64,000 nucleotides of DNA from NCBI GenBank assembly GCA_963703955.1, contig CAVPGK010000016.1, positions 96,001 through 160,000 on the forward strand, in the 5' to 3' direction. This DNA is from Nitrospirota bacterium (GTDB lineage Bacteria > Nitrospirota > Nitrospiria > Nitrospirales > Nitrospiraceae). The notes beneath the pieces were generated by a model. That model had not been told where the DNA came from and did not search any database. It was given only the letters and a program-made list of their open reading frames with translations. Shown piece by piece: positions 1 to 9,689 of this stretch. The first letter of the stretch is position 1. Every line of letters starts with the position of its first letter. A program made the position numbers and the translations under genes.

Positions 1-789
1 GATGTACAGCGGGCTCTCTGAATCCAGCGGCTCGGCGTCGCAGATCGCTCGTTCACCCTTGAGCCAATCCTGCCAATCGATTTCTTTCGGGGCCGAGAGG
101 GCAATACCGGGCTTCTCACGGCGCACCACGACGACGGTTTCGACGGTGCCGCAGTTCGCGACCGCCTGATCCACCACACCCTTCAGATTGATGCTCTTCC
201 CTCGGTCATATCCAACGTCCGCGGTGATGACGACTTTGGCTTCCGCGTCCTGAATCCGGCTTGCCAAGGCCGGGGCGCTGAAGCCCGAATAGACTACGCT
301 GTGAATCACCCCGATGCGCGCGCAGGCCAGCATGGCCACGATCTGTTCCGGGATTTTCGGTAGATAGATCGTCACGCGATCCCCCTTGCGAAGGCCCAAC
401 GCTTTGAGGGCATTGGCGCAACGATTGACCTGCCGGTAGAGCTCGCCGTAGGTGAAGACCCGTTCTTCCCCCTGCTCACCCACCCAAATCACCGCGACCT
501 TATTCTTGCGCCACGTCTTCACATGGCGATCCAAGCAGTTATACGAGATGTTGCAGGTGGCTCCGACGAACCATTTCGCCCAGGGATAGTTCCATTCGAG
601 GACTTTGCCCCAAGGCGAGAACCAGTCCAATTCCTTCGCGACACCGCTCCAGAAGGTCTCGGGATCGGCGATGGACTTTCGATAGTCAGAGTCGTAGTCT
701 TGGATATACGCCTGAGCTTTGGTTTCCGAAGTGGGGTGCACGACGCGACTGACGCGGAGGAGACTGTCAAGTTTGTCGTCCGTGGCCAT
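1..789 (-). CDS. acs: acetyl-CoA synthetase (runs off left edge)
   Basis: Manual translation MATDDKLDSLLR...DPETFWSGVAKELDWF...NCLDRHV...ACARIGVIHSVVYSGFS; GAGGAG RBS upstream; absent from ORF track because it is open at the edge. Confidence 0.95.
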   Translation of the reverse strand, partial: MATDDKLDSLLRVSRVVHPTSETKAQAYIQDYDSDYRKSIADPETFWSGVAKELDWFSPWGKVLEWNYPWAKWFVGATCNISYNCLDRHVKTWRKNKVAVIWVGEQGEERVFTYGELYRQVNRCANALKALGLRKGDRVTIYLPKIPEQIVAMLACARIGVIHSVVYSGFSAPALASRIQDAEAKVVITADVGYDRGKSINLKGVVDQAVANCGTVETVVVVRREKPGIALSAPKEIDWQDWLKGERAICDAEPLDSESPLYI

Positions 790-906
790 ACGCACTCCTC
801 AGGATAGGACGCGGGGGACGATGAAAATGAAGTCAAACCGTGATCGGCCTCATTATGAGGAAGGCTCGAAGGATGTTCAAGTATGGAATGCCGCGGGCTC
901 CGTTTC

Positions 907-936
907 TTGACAGTGAAAACGCGCGAGGCGTAGCAT
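907..936 (+). promoter_or_regulatory. sigma70-like promoter TTGACA-N18-TAGCAT
   Basis: Near-consensus hexamers; the ATG at 935 lies in the -10 box, so 971 is the more likely start. Confidence 0.55.
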
Positions 937-970
937 GGTCAATAGTGAATTTTTCTATGGCTTGGTCGCG

Positions 971-2326
971 ATGAACCGGTTCACACGTCTCTCGCTGATA
1001 GCCATCTTCCTGGTGACGATCCCGCTGATCGCGCACGGCCAGCTCGGCAAACCGGAAGGCTTGTACTATAAGTCCTGGGGGTTGGTGATCGGGATCGAGA
1101 ACTACCTGGTGGCTCCGCCGGTCGGCGGCGCGATCGTGGAAGCCAAATCGGTCGCGGCTGCGCTTCGCAAACTCGGGTTCGACGAAGTCGTGGAACTCTA
1201 CGATAAAGACGCCAGCTTCCGTCGCCTGAACTCGGTCCTTACCGATTATCTACCGCGAAAGGTCGGCCGCATGGATCGCATGGTGGTGTTCTTCGCAGGA
1301 CACGCCGGCGTGACGCAAGACATGAATGGAAAGGAACTCGGGTACTTGGTTCCGTGGGATGCCCAGGTTGGGAATGCAGCTAAGGCGGTGACCTTGGATT
1401 ACCTCAAAGACTTCTCGCGTCGCGTCATGTCCAAGCACGTGCTCTTTCTCCTCGATACAGGTGTTTCGGGATGGGATGTGACGCCTCCCCAGCAATTGTC
1501 GTTGGAGGGTCGGGCGTCTCCGGAAGGGGAAACCGAGAAGCGGGCCGTCCAGATCATGACTGCCGCCGGAAAGGGAGAGCCGGTCGCGCGGAACGAGGGA
1601 GGCAGCGCATTCGTTCAGGCGATCATCTCCGGATTAGAGGGCGCCGCAGACACTGATAAGAATGGATGGGTCATGGCTACCGAGTTGAGCGCCTATGTGA
1701 AACAGCAGGTGGAGCAAAAGACGGGTGGCGCACAGCATCCCCAATTCGCCAGGTTGGACGGAGATGGGGATACGGTCCTGATTGAGGGGAAAAAGAGCGC
1801 GTTCAGAACTCGGCCCGAGCCGAAGACGGACGCTGAGCGGACCGCCGCGGCCAAGGAAGAGTATGAGCAAGCCTTTTCGCTGTTGCAGCAACAGGGACCA
1901 CTGGATGAAGCTGTTGAACGGCTCAACAAGGCGCTGCGATATGACCCCACGTACGGGGACGCGTACGTGTTGAAGAGCTACGTGTACTTGGAACTGGCGC
2001 CCAACCTGCAGGAAGCCACGGCTGCGGCTGAGGCTGCGGTCAAGTATGCGCCCAACAACGCTGATGCTCCCTACACGCTCGGACTCGTCCTTCAGCGAAA
2101 AGGACAGTTTGCAGAAGCGGAAAAAGCGATGCGCCAGGCATTGGCTGTGAACCCAGACTATTCCGACGTGTATTTGTCATTAGGGGATCTCTACGCCCAG
2201 GACCTCAAGGATCAAAAGAAATCCGTCGAAGCCTACCGTCGGTATCTTGAGACCGGTGGAACCGAAAACCGGGTCAAGACCTATCTCGAGCAAAACGGCG
2301 CGGTCGCTCCCGGCACGAAACAATAA
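971..2326 (+). CDS. secreted caspase-like (peptidase C14 fold) + TPR protein, catalytic Cys missing
   Basis: Signal peptide; GLVIGIENY, FFAGHAG, LLDTGVSG, GAADTDKNG, QHPQ motifs; C-terminal TPR repeats. Confidence 0.85.
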   Translation: MNRFTRLSLIAIFLVTIPLIAHGQLGKPEGLYYKSWGLVIGIENYLVAPPVGGAIVEAKSVAAALRKLGFDEVVELYDKDASFRRLNSVLTDYLPRKVGRMDRMVVFFAGHAGVTQDMNGKELGYLVPWDAQVGNAAKAVTLDYLKDFSRRVMSKHVLFLLDTGVSGWDVTPPQQLSLEGRASPEGETEKRAVQIMTAAGKGEPVARNEGGSAFVQAIISGLEGAADTDKNGWVMATELSAYVKQQVEQKTGGAQHPQFARLDGDGDTVLIEGKKSAFRTRPEPKTDAERTAAAKEEYEQAFSLLQQQGPLDEAVERLNKALRYDPTYGDAYVLKSYVYLELAPNLQEATAAAEAAVKYAPNNADAPYTLGLVLQRKGQFAEAEKAMRQALAVNPDYSDVYLSLGDLYAQDLKDQKKSVEAYRRYLETGGTENRVKTYLEQNGAVAPGTKQ

Positions 2327-2372
2327 GGCAGGCGAAGGTCCAGCTCAGAACCCAGACCTTACCTGTCCCCTC

Positions 2373-2543
2373 TCAGTCCTGCGCCCCGCCTTTCAGATAC
2401 CCCAAGCCGATTTTTATTGCCCTCCTGGTGACTTCGGGCCATCGAGCTTCAGGATATTCCATAAGTACAGCCGCAGCTTTCGGGTCTTGAATGTCCAGCT
2501 CGATCACCTTGATGATCCCATCCTGAATTCTGACTTCCGCCAC
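2373..2543 (-). CDS. small hypothetical protein (56 aa)
   Basis: GGAGGAGG RBS then GTG; MAEVRIQDGIIKVIELDIQDPKAAAVLMEYPEARWPEVTRRAIKIGLGYLKGGAQD. Confidence 0.7.
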   Translation of the reverse strand: MAEVRIQDGIIKVIELDIQDPKAAAVLMEYPEARWPEVTRRAIKIGLGYLKGGAQD

Positions 2544-2605
2544 GTTAACCTCCTCCAGACTATGGATCGATCCTCTTAAGGTCGACCGGATGGCTCTCCG
2601 TTGCG

Positions 2606-2634
2606 TTGACAGTGTAAGAGACGGATGCTAGCAT
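2606..2634 (+). promoter_or_regulatory. sigma70-like promoter TTGACA-N17-TAGCAT for the lipoprotein operon
   Basis: Consensus -35, 17-nt spacer, about 100 nt before the first gene. Confidence 0.65.
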
Positions 2635-2736
2635 AAAATAAGTATTATTTGCGTTGATTTCCCGCCGACAAAGGTAATCATCGACCTCATCGAAAGCATG
2701 ACTACGAAGCCGGCTCGGACGAAGAAGGAGGCATCC

Positions 2737-3297
2737 ATGATTCTCACAAAAGGACTCGGCCGATTATTCGGCATCAGCATGGTGTTCATGGTGGCGGCAC
2801 TGGCGGCCTGCGGCGGCCCGCCTAAATGGGTCAAACATGGATCAGCGGCGTTCAATGACAAAGACTCCAAAGCCTTTTACGGCGTGGGGGCCATCACCGG
2901 AGTCAAGAATGAACCGCTGGCCTGGGATGCGGCTGAAAATCGGGCACGGGCCGAGGTCGCGAAAAACTTCGAGACCTACACCGCGTACTTGATGCGTGAT
3001 TATGCCGCGTCAACGACCGCAGGAGATTTTACCAGAAACGCGGAGGAACAGAATGTCGAGCGCGCGATCAAGACCTTCAGCGCCGTCACACTCAATGGTG
3101 TGCGGCCGATCGACCGGTACAAGGATCAGAAGAGCGGCACGTATTACGTGCTGGCCAAGTTGAATCTACAGGAAATGAAGGATGCCATGGCCCAGGCAAA
3201 GGAGTTGAATAGCCAGGTCCGGGACTACGTTCGTAAGAACGCCGACCGGCTCTTCGAGCGGCTCGAACAAGAGGAAGAGAAGCGCGCGGTTAAATGA
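2737..3297 (+). CDS. LPP20-family lipoprotein
   Basis: AGGAGG RBS; lipobox LAAC; PKWV, YGVG, AENRARAEVAK pattern. Confidence 0.8.
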   Translation: MILTKGLGRLFGISMVFMVAALAACGGPPKWVKHGSAAFNDKDSKAFYGVGAITGVKNEPLAWDAAENRARAEVAKNFETYTAYLMRDYAASTTAGDFTRNAEEQNVERAIKTFSAVTLNGVRPIDRYKDQKSGTYYVLAKLNLQEMKDAMAQAKELNSQVRDYVRKNADRLFERLEQEEEKRAVK

Positions 3298-3319
3298 CCG
3301 CGATGAACGGGAGCGATGA

Positions 3320-3970
3320 ATGATGAACGGGCACATGACGAGTCATGAAATCAACACTCAGCGCCCTGCGTTCAGCATGGTGACGGTAATCGCGATCACC
3401 TTGCTGCTGACTCTCGTCGGCTGTTCCAGCGGCACAAGGGTGACCCGCGTCGATACGAACGTCGTGACGGACCTTAGTGGACGCTGGAACGACACCGACT
3501 CGCGGTTAGTCGCTGAAGCCATGGTCAAGGAAGCCTTATCGTATCCATGGTTGCAGACCTATACACAGACCAAAGGTCGCCAACCCGTCGTCGTGGTCGG
3601 CACGATCTTGAATCGCAGCCATGAGCACATCAACACGCAGACCTTCGTGACGGACCTCGAGCGCGAGCTGACCAATTCCCAAAAAGTCAGTTTCGTCGCC
3701 GGCAAGGGGGAGCGTGAGGAAATCCGGGAAGAACGGCGAGAGCAGGCCGTGCACGCTCGGGAGGATACCCAAAAATCGGCCGGAAAGGAGATCGGGGCGG
3801 ACTATATGATGAAGGGAAACATTTCGACGATTCTGGACGAAGCGAACGGAGTGAAGGCCGTCTTTTACCAAGTGGACCTTGAGTTGGTCGATCTGGAGAG
3901 CAACGTCAAGACCTGGTACGGACAGAAAAAGATCAAGAAGGTTGTCGAACGCAAACGGATGCTCTTTTAA
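3320..3970 (+). CDS. lpoB: penicillin-binding protein activator LpoB family lipoprotein
   Basis: Lipobox LVGC; DLSGRWNDTDSRLVAEAM, NRSHEHI, GADYMMKG motifs. Confidence 0.8.
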   Translation: MMNGHMTSHEINTQRPAFSMVTVIAITLLLTLVGCSSGTRVTRVDTNVVTDLSGRWNDTDSRLVAEAMVKEALSYPWLQTYTQTKGRQPVVVVGTILNRSHEHINTQTFVTDLERELTNSQKVSFVAGKGEREEIREERREQAVHAREDTQKSAGKEIGADYMMKGNISTILDEANGVKAVFYQVDLELVDLESNVKTWYGQKKIKKVVERKRMLF

Positions 3971-4019
3971 CAGTGTTCAGTTGAGCCTTTTCATTTCAAA
4001 CTTCCTCCGCTCCACCTCC

Positions 4020-5486
4020 ATGGAGCACCTTTCTCATCTCTCTCGCGCGCTGTTTCAGACCCTATCGTTGTGGATTCTGTTCGTAAGCATTTCGGGATGC
4101 GGCCCCACGGTCAGCCGTTACGCCATGGTGGAGGACAGCTTGCTGGCCGGAGACACCCGGCGAGCCGACCAGATCGTAGAGGGCGCCGAGCCGGAATACG
4201 GATCGGAGAGTCGCGTTCTTTATCTGATGGATCGGGGAATGACCCTCCACTTGGCAGGGCAATATACAGCAAGCAACGGAATGCTCGAGCAGGCAGATCA
4301 GGAGGTCGAGCGCCTGTATACGCGGCGTCTGCGCACGGAGGCGAAGGCCTTTCTGATCAACGATACGAAATTGACCTACGAAGGCGACCCGTATGAACAG
4401 ACCATGATCAATGTGGTCAAAGGCCTTAACTATGCCGCGTTGGGAAATTGGAATGAGGCCTTGGTCGAGGCGAGGCGCATTGATCACCGGCTCAACATGC
4501 TGGGGGATCGGGCCAAACCCAAAGACGGGTATCGCGATGACGCTTTTGCTCGATATGTCAGCGGTCTCTTCTTTGAGATTAGCGGCGACCTGAACAACGC
4601 ATTTATCGCCTACCGCAAAGCGTATGACGAATATCGTCGAACACGCCCGTGGTCTCGGACCCCAGTTCCGCCCATGCTTCGAGGTGATCTCTTGCGGATG
4701 AGCGATGCCCTCCACCTGAGCCAAGAACACGGGGAGTATCGTCGTGAATTCGGCGAGATTGCCTGGCAGCCGCACACCGAGACGCAAGGACTCGCGCAGG
4801 TCGTGGTGGTCAGTTACAACGGCCGGGCGCCTCGCAAAGAAGACCGCTTCATCGACCTGCCCGTCAGTCTCGACGCGCTCAACCTCGTACTCCTGACGAA
4901 GCTGCCGCCTCACTCCGACTCACGGGAGCGCCGGGTGATGGAGAGCGCGCTTTACGGTTTGAACGGTCGAGTGGTTCGAGTGGCGATTCCAACTCTTGTT
5001 CCCCAAAAGACGCAGGTTCAGTATGCGCAGGTCACCGCATCTGACGGCAGTGAGTCATTCAGCGTACCGACTCAATTGGTTCATAACCTCACGGCGGTCG
5101 CGGAAAAGAGCCTGAACGATCGGTTGGCGGGCATTTCCGCCAAAGCGGTGGCCCGGGCCGCGGTGAAGTATGGCTTGGCCGACGGCGTGAGGTATGGCGC
5201 TCGAGCGGCAGCCGGAAAGAATAACGAAGCGGGCGAGCTGATCGGGTTGATCGCCGGCGGGTTGGCTCACGCATGGGCCGTCGCGTCGGAAGAGGCCGAT
5301 AAACGCAGCTGGCGGACATTGCCGGACGAAATTCAGATTGCGCGGCTCTGGCTACCGCCGGGGACGTATGAGCTTCAGGTTCAGTCAATGGGACGCAACG
5401 GCGCCACGGTAGGACGTCGCTCCGTTCAGACCGTGACGTTGCAAGCCGATGAAACCAAGCTGATCACGGAACGAGTTGTTCCCTAA
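4020..5486 (+). CDS. COG3014-family lipoprotein
   Basis: Lipobox ISGC; YEGDPYEQ, ALVEARR, ADKRSWRTLPDEIQIAR motifs; start position uncertain. Confidence 0.75.
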   Translation: MEHLSHLSRALFQTLSLWILFVSISGCGPTVSRYAMVEDSLLAGDTRRADQIVEGAEPEYGSESRVLYLMDRGMTLHLAGQYTASNGMLEQADQEVERLYTRRLRTEAKAFLINDTKLTYEGDPYEQTMINVVKGLNYAALGNWNEALVEARRIDHRLNMLGDRAKPKDGYRDDAFARYVSGLFFEISGDLNNAFIAYRKAYDEYRRTRPWSRTPVPPMLRGDLLRMSDALHLSQEHGEYRREFGEIAWQPHTETQGLAQVVVVSYNGRAPRKEDRFIDLPVSLDALNLVLLTKLPPHSDSRERRVMESALYGLNGRVVRVAIPTLVPQKTQVQYAQVTASDGSESFSVPTQLVHNLTAVAEKSLNDRLAGISAKAVARAAVKYGLADGVRYGARAAAGKNNEAGELIGLIAGGLAHAWAVASEEADKRSWRTLPDEIQIARLWLPPGTYELQVQSMGRNGATVGRRSVQTVTLQADETKLITERVVP

Positions 5487-5494
5487 AGGAACCG

Positions 5495-6658
5495 ATGCGC
5501 TCGACAAAGATAGCCATCCTTCTGTGTCTCTGCGCACTGCTTGCCGTAAGTCAGGGATGCGCCTGGTTCAGCCGAAGTGCGGAGCCAAGCTGGGTCAACG
5601 GACAGAGTCGAGACTATCCCTCGGATCAATATGTCCTCGGGGTCGGGCAGGGGGAATCCAAACCGGTCGCAGCTGAACGGGCATACGGGGCCGTGGCCAA
5701 AGTGTTCAGGGCCGAGGTGAGCGCCCAGTCCCGAGACTGGGAATCATTTCTCGTGATGGAACAACGCGGGCAGGTGAATGCCGAAAGGCGTCTCACGCTC
5801 GATCGCGTGACTAGGGTCTCGACCGACAAGGTACTGGAGAACGTTCGGATCATCGACACCTGGCAGGATACCCAAACGGGCCAGCATTATGCCCTAGCCG
5901 GCACGAACCGCACACAAGCGGCGGCAGGGTTGCTCGAGCGCATTGCGGAACTGGATCGGACGGTGGAGACGGAGGTCATGGAGTCGCGGCAGACTCAGGA
6001 CAAGCTGGCGAAGGTGCGCCACCTTCGGCGCGCAATGAAAGACTTGGTGGTACGGGAAGCCTATAACAGCGACCTGCGTGTGGTGAGGCTAAGCGGCCAG
6101 GGTGTGGAGCCGGCCTATCGCGTGCCGGAATTGATGGGCGAGTTGGAGCAATTCCTGGCCGCCAGTCTCGTGGTTGGCGTTGAAGTGGCCGGCGAGCAAG
6201 CGGAGCTGACCCGCCAAGCCGTCATCGAGGGATTGATCCGAGAAGGACTCCCGGTCACCAATCGAGAAATCGGAACCCGGTCGGGGAATGAGGAGGCCCT
6301 AGCGTGGCCCAGTCCTCAACTCCTGGTGAAAGGCGGCGTACGTCTGTGGGATGTGCCGGTTCCTGACCCACGCTTTCGGTATGTCCGTTGGTGCGGGGAC
6401 TTCGTGGTGTTAGAGGTGGGAACCCAGCGGGTTGTGGGCGCCGTCTCAATCGGTGGAAAAGAAGGACATCTCACACCGCATGAAGCCAGAGCCAAGGCGG
6501 TGCGGATCATGCAGCAGGAATTGACGTCAAACCTGGCAAGAACGCTTGCCGCCTACGTGTATGGCGATGCCGATCCACCGAACACCCTACCCCCTTCGGC
6601 GTGCCCAAAGATCGAGGATCGAATCAGTCCGCCGTCTTCTGAAATTAAACCGCTCTGA
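5495..6658 (+). CDS. LPP20-domain lipoprotein
   Basis: Lipobox SQGC; PSWV...YVLGVG...AAERAYGAVAK. Confidence 0.7.
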   Translation: MRSTKIAILLCLCALLAVSQGCAWFSRSAEPSWVNGQSRDYPSDQYVLGVGQGESKPVAAERAYGAVAKVFRAEVSAQSRDWESFLVMEQRGQVNAERRLTLDRVTRVSTDKVLENVRIIDTWQDTQTGQHYALAGTNRTQAAAGLLERIAELDRTVETEVMESRQTQDKLAKVRHLRRAMKDLVVREAYNSDLRVVRLSGQGVEPAYRVPELMGELEQFLAASLVVGVEVAGEQAELTRQAVIEGLIREGLPVTNREIGTRSGNEEALAWPSPQLLVKGGVRLWDVPVPDPRFRYVRWCGDFVVLEVGTQRVVGAVSIGGKEGHLTPHEARAKAVRIMQQELTSNLARTLAAYVYGDADPPNTLPPSACPKIEDRISPPSSEIKPL

Positions 6659-7760
6659 CAGGAGAATCAATTAGGTTAAATTGATCAAACGTGTCAACCT
6701 GTTTCAGTGTCCAGTTCAATGCTTCCTTTAATTGTTTCTCCTGAGCTTCCCCGTCGCTACCGGGATTGCTCTGTGGCGAATTCTGTAGCTTGCGATTTAG
6801 CGCATAGAGAGGTTCAGCCGTGCGCTTGTCGGGCAACTTCCCTAGCGCCCAGACCACCTCGGTCTTGACGGCCAGGTCATCCGTGTTCAACGCCTGAAGC
6901 AACGGCTCGATAATCGAAAAGTCCCCGTGGAGCGCTCCCACCTGACCTAATCCCTTGGCTGCCGCGGCTTGAAGTTCCGGTTTGCCTGTCTTCAGTGTGT
7001 CGACCAGAGCCGCGATGCTCTCCTTCTGACCGATGTTCCCTAGAGCAACTGCCGAGGCTTTCGCAATGTTGACATCGGGATCTTTGAGCGCGATCAGCAG
7101 ACGCGGGACGGCTTCCGTCGCGAAGATCTCACCAAGCAGGTTGATGATTTTCACCTTTTCGGCCGGCGCAGTGGCCGGGTTATCCAAGAGTTTGAGTAAC
7201 CGCGCCTCCTGTCCCCATTCAGCGGTTAAGAGCAGGGCAAACGGGTATTCCTCGAGCCGGTCCCTCAATTTGGCCATGGCATAGTTCCCGGGATCGCCTG
7301 CCTGGGCCGTCGCTGCAGCCTGTCGCGCATCCTGAAAGTCGGTTCTCACTTCTTTTCGCCATCCCATCTTTTTACCGTCCAACAGGTAAAGAAATTGGCA
7401 GGCCGGCCCCTTCCACACGCGTGAGGGAGAGTCAGGTAGGTCGGCATCGCCTCCTGAGCGGGTCGTGCCTTCCCATACCTTTTGCTGCTCGCATTTCACT
7501 CTGAAGATCACGTCATGCGGCTGCTCCGGGTTGGTGACTACGGTGTAGCCGACCATCTTCATGCGCTGGGCGACGGTATCAGCCAGCGGTCCGGGTTCTT
7601 GGGTTCCTTTCTCCGTAATGGCGAGGACCTCCACCAGCACGCGCTCCACTTTCTCCAATTTCTCTTTCTGCTCCTGGGTGAATGACTCCCGCCGCGCAAG
7701 AGTCTCATCGGCGGCCACGCAGACACCCATCAGGAGGAAGAGAGCAATCCATCTGTTCAT
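6645..7760 (-). CDS. HEAT/PBS-lyase repeat protein with signal peptide
   Basis: Repeats such as ALKDPDVNIAKASAVALGNIG and LNTDDLAVKTEVVWALGKL. Confidence 0.8.
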   Translation of the reverse strand: MNRWIALFLLMGVCVAADETLARRESFTQEQKEKLEKVERVLVEVLAITEKGTQEPGPLADTVAQRMKMVGYTVVTNPEQPHDVIFRVKCEQQKVWEGTTRSGGDADLPDSPSRVWKGPACQFLYLLDGKKMGWRKEVRTDFQDARQAAATAQAGDPGNYAMAKLRDRLEEYPFALLLTAEWGQEARLLKLLDNPATAPAEKVKIINLLGEIFATEAVPRLLIALKDPDVNIAKASAVALGNIGQKESIAALVDTLKTGKPELQAAAAKGLGQVGALHGDFSIIEPLLQALNTDDLAVKTEVVWALGKLPDKRTAEPLYALNRKLQNSPQSNPGSDGEAQEKQLKEALNWTLKQVDTFDQFNLIDSPVRAV

Positions 7761-7829
7761 GCTATGCCTCCGATGCAGCGACCTCTCTCTCACTTTACCG
7801 AAGCCAAATGGCCGTGGCAAGATGATGGA

Positions 7830-7858
7830 TTGAAGCATCCTCAAGGCCTGGTTATAAT
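7830..7858 (+). promoter_or_regulatory. promoter TTGAAG-N17-TATAAT, leaderless proC
   Basis: Perfect -10 located 6 nt before the ATG; no Shine-Dalgarno. Confidence 0.65.
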
Positions 7859-7864
7859 TCCGCA

Positions 7865-8686
7865 ATGCAATTGAAGCGACGGATTGCGTTTATCGGCTCA
7901 GGCAACATGACCGAAGCGCTCGTGGCCGGGCTATTGAAAGCCGGGGTCTCCCTGTCTGGCGAGCTTTACGCCACCGATATCGTTCCCGAGCGCCACGTTC
8001 ATTTCAAGACCCGATATGGAATCAAGGTCGGTGGCCGAAACAGTGACGCCGCTGCCTGGGGTCATATCGTCATCCTGTCCGTCGAGCCTCAGATCCTCGA
8101 TAAGGTGCTGGCGGAAATTCGTCCGACCTTGCGGGCGGACAGCCTGGTCATCTCGGTGGCCGCCGGGTATCCCATCGCCAGAGCTACCGCCTACCTCACG
8201 TCCACCACACGAATTGTCCGCGCCATGCCGAACACCACCTCCACGGTGCTCGAAGGTGTCACTGCGTTGTCCTTCGGACCCGGTCTGTCGGAAGACGATA
8301 GACAGGCCGCACGGGTCATTTTTGAATCGGTTGGGAAGGTCGTCCTGGTGGAGGAACATTTAATGGATGTCGTCACGGGGCTGAGCGGGAGCGGACCGGC
8401 GTATGTGTATGTCCTGATCGAAGCCTTGGCGGATGGCGGCGTCAAGATGGGGCTGCCGCGTGCGACGGCGGAACTCCTCGCGGCGCAGACCGCCCTGGGC
8501 GCCGCACGCATGGTTCTCGAAAGCGGTGAGCACCCGGGCCGCCTGAAGGATCGCGTCGCCTCACCAGGGGGCACGACCATCTCGGGCATTCATCGGTTGG
8601 AGGAAGGGAGGCTCAGAGCCACTCTCATGGATGCCGTAGAAGCGGCCACGAAACGGTCACGGGAACTTGGCGACACCAAGCAGTAA
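7865..8686 (+). CDS. proC: pyrroline-5-carboxylate reductase
   Basis: FIGSGNM, RAMPNT, GLSGSGPAY, VASPGGTT. Confidence 0.97.
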   Translation: MQLKRRIAFIGSGNMTEALVAGLLKAGVSLSGELYATDIVPERHVHFKTRYGIKVGGRNSDAAAWGHIVILSVEPQILDKVLAEIRPTLRADSLVISVAAGYPIARATAYLTSTTRIVRAMPNTTSTVLEGVTALSFGPGLSEDDRQAARVIFESVGKVVLVEEHLMDVVTGLSGSGPAYVYVLIEALADGGVKMGLPRATAELLAAQTALGAARMVLESGEHPGRLKDRVASPGGTTISGIHRLEEGRLRATLMDAVEAATKRSRELGDTKQ

Positions 8687-8767
8687 AGAAGCCTTGCCCC
8701 GCCCGTGACGATCCAGTAGACTCCCTCGCCAGATTTGTGACGTTCCCTACCTATGGAGAGGTGACGC

Positions 8768-8962
8768 GTGGTCTATTGGGTCAAGGTCGTCTTTACCGAT
8801 AATCAGGAACTGTTGGTCAAGGATGCTATTCGACATACGATCAGCGACGACATGGAAGTGCTCGAAGTCGATACTGCCAAAGAAGTCACGATTATCCCCA
8901 TGAAGCAAATCAAGTACATCTCCTGCGATGCCACGGTTTTCGCAGGTAAAACAAAGAGTTAA
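8768..8962 (+). CDS. 64-aa beta-rich (possibly Sm/Hfq-like) protein, integration target
   Basis: GAGGTG RBS; 3' end duplicated with synonymous changes at 12581-12636. Confidence 0.85.
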   Translation: MVYWVKVVFTDNQELLVKDAIRHTISDDMEVLEVDTAKEVTIIPMKQIKYISCDATVFAGKTKS

Positions 8963-9384
8963 TTTTCAGATTCCTCGTTACTCCCGGTTTTACCCCCGGT
9001 TCGCTGCCCGATTTTTCCATCCAGCACCGCGTCCAGCCGATCCACCGCCTGCCTGTTCCCGCCGGGGATGAGATGCCCGTAGATGTCCACCGTCACCCTG
9101 ATCGAGGAGTGTCCGAATTGCTCGGCTATGTATTTCAGGTTTTCGCCATTGGCGATCAACCGTGATGCGAACGTGTGGCGACAGGCATGTAGCGTGAGCC
9201 GTTGGACCTGAGCCCGTCGGAGCAGGGGAAACCAGAGGCGATAGCGCAAGTAGGTCTCCGCTATGTAGTACGGCTGCTGTCGAGTGCCGCCGAGGTTACC
9301 GGGGAAGAGAGTCTCCGGTTGTGGTTCGCCGAGTGCGGCGGCTTCAAGGTCCTGTAGCGCGATCCATTCCTTCAAGGCTTCCAT
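8959..9384 (-). pseudogene. tyrosine integrase, C-terminal fragment
   Basis: LHACRHTFAS (H-x-x-R) and FGHSSIRVTVDIYGH motifs; N-terminal domains deleted. Confidence 0.9.
8978..9001 (+). repeat. tandem 12-bp arm-type sites TTACTCCCGGTT / TTACCCCCGGTT
   Basis: Same 12-mer recurs at 12439-12450 with a 9/12 copy at 12427-12438. Confidence 0.7.
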
Positions 9385-9553
9385 GACTTATGAGCCGGAA
9401 CGCGTCGTCCAGGCAGTGGTCGATTACTGGCGATCCCGTGCACTCCAGGCCGAAACAGACTTGGCGCGAGCGAATAGATGGATTAGTGATGCGACCTGCG
9501 ACATGGATGCCGAGTTGGAGAAGATGGCGCAGGAAATCGAGGGTGAATCATGA
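9383..9553 (+). CDS. phage-like small hypothetical protein, possibly 5'-truncated
   Basis: MTYEPERVVQAVVDYWRSRALQAE...; begins at the integrase truncation point. Confidence 0.45.
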   Translation: MTYEPERVVQAVVDYWRSRALQAETDLARANRWISDATCDMDAELEKMAQEIEGES

Positions 9554-9689
9554 GGGTGAAGCCGACACGACCGAGACCGAAGGGTAAAAAAGATGTCCGA
9601 TCATAACCTGCCTGTACCTATTGAACTCCCGCATCGGTTGTGAGCAAGCTGCTGTCCGTTAGCTCCATCCAGTTGGGCGTCAATTCGTC

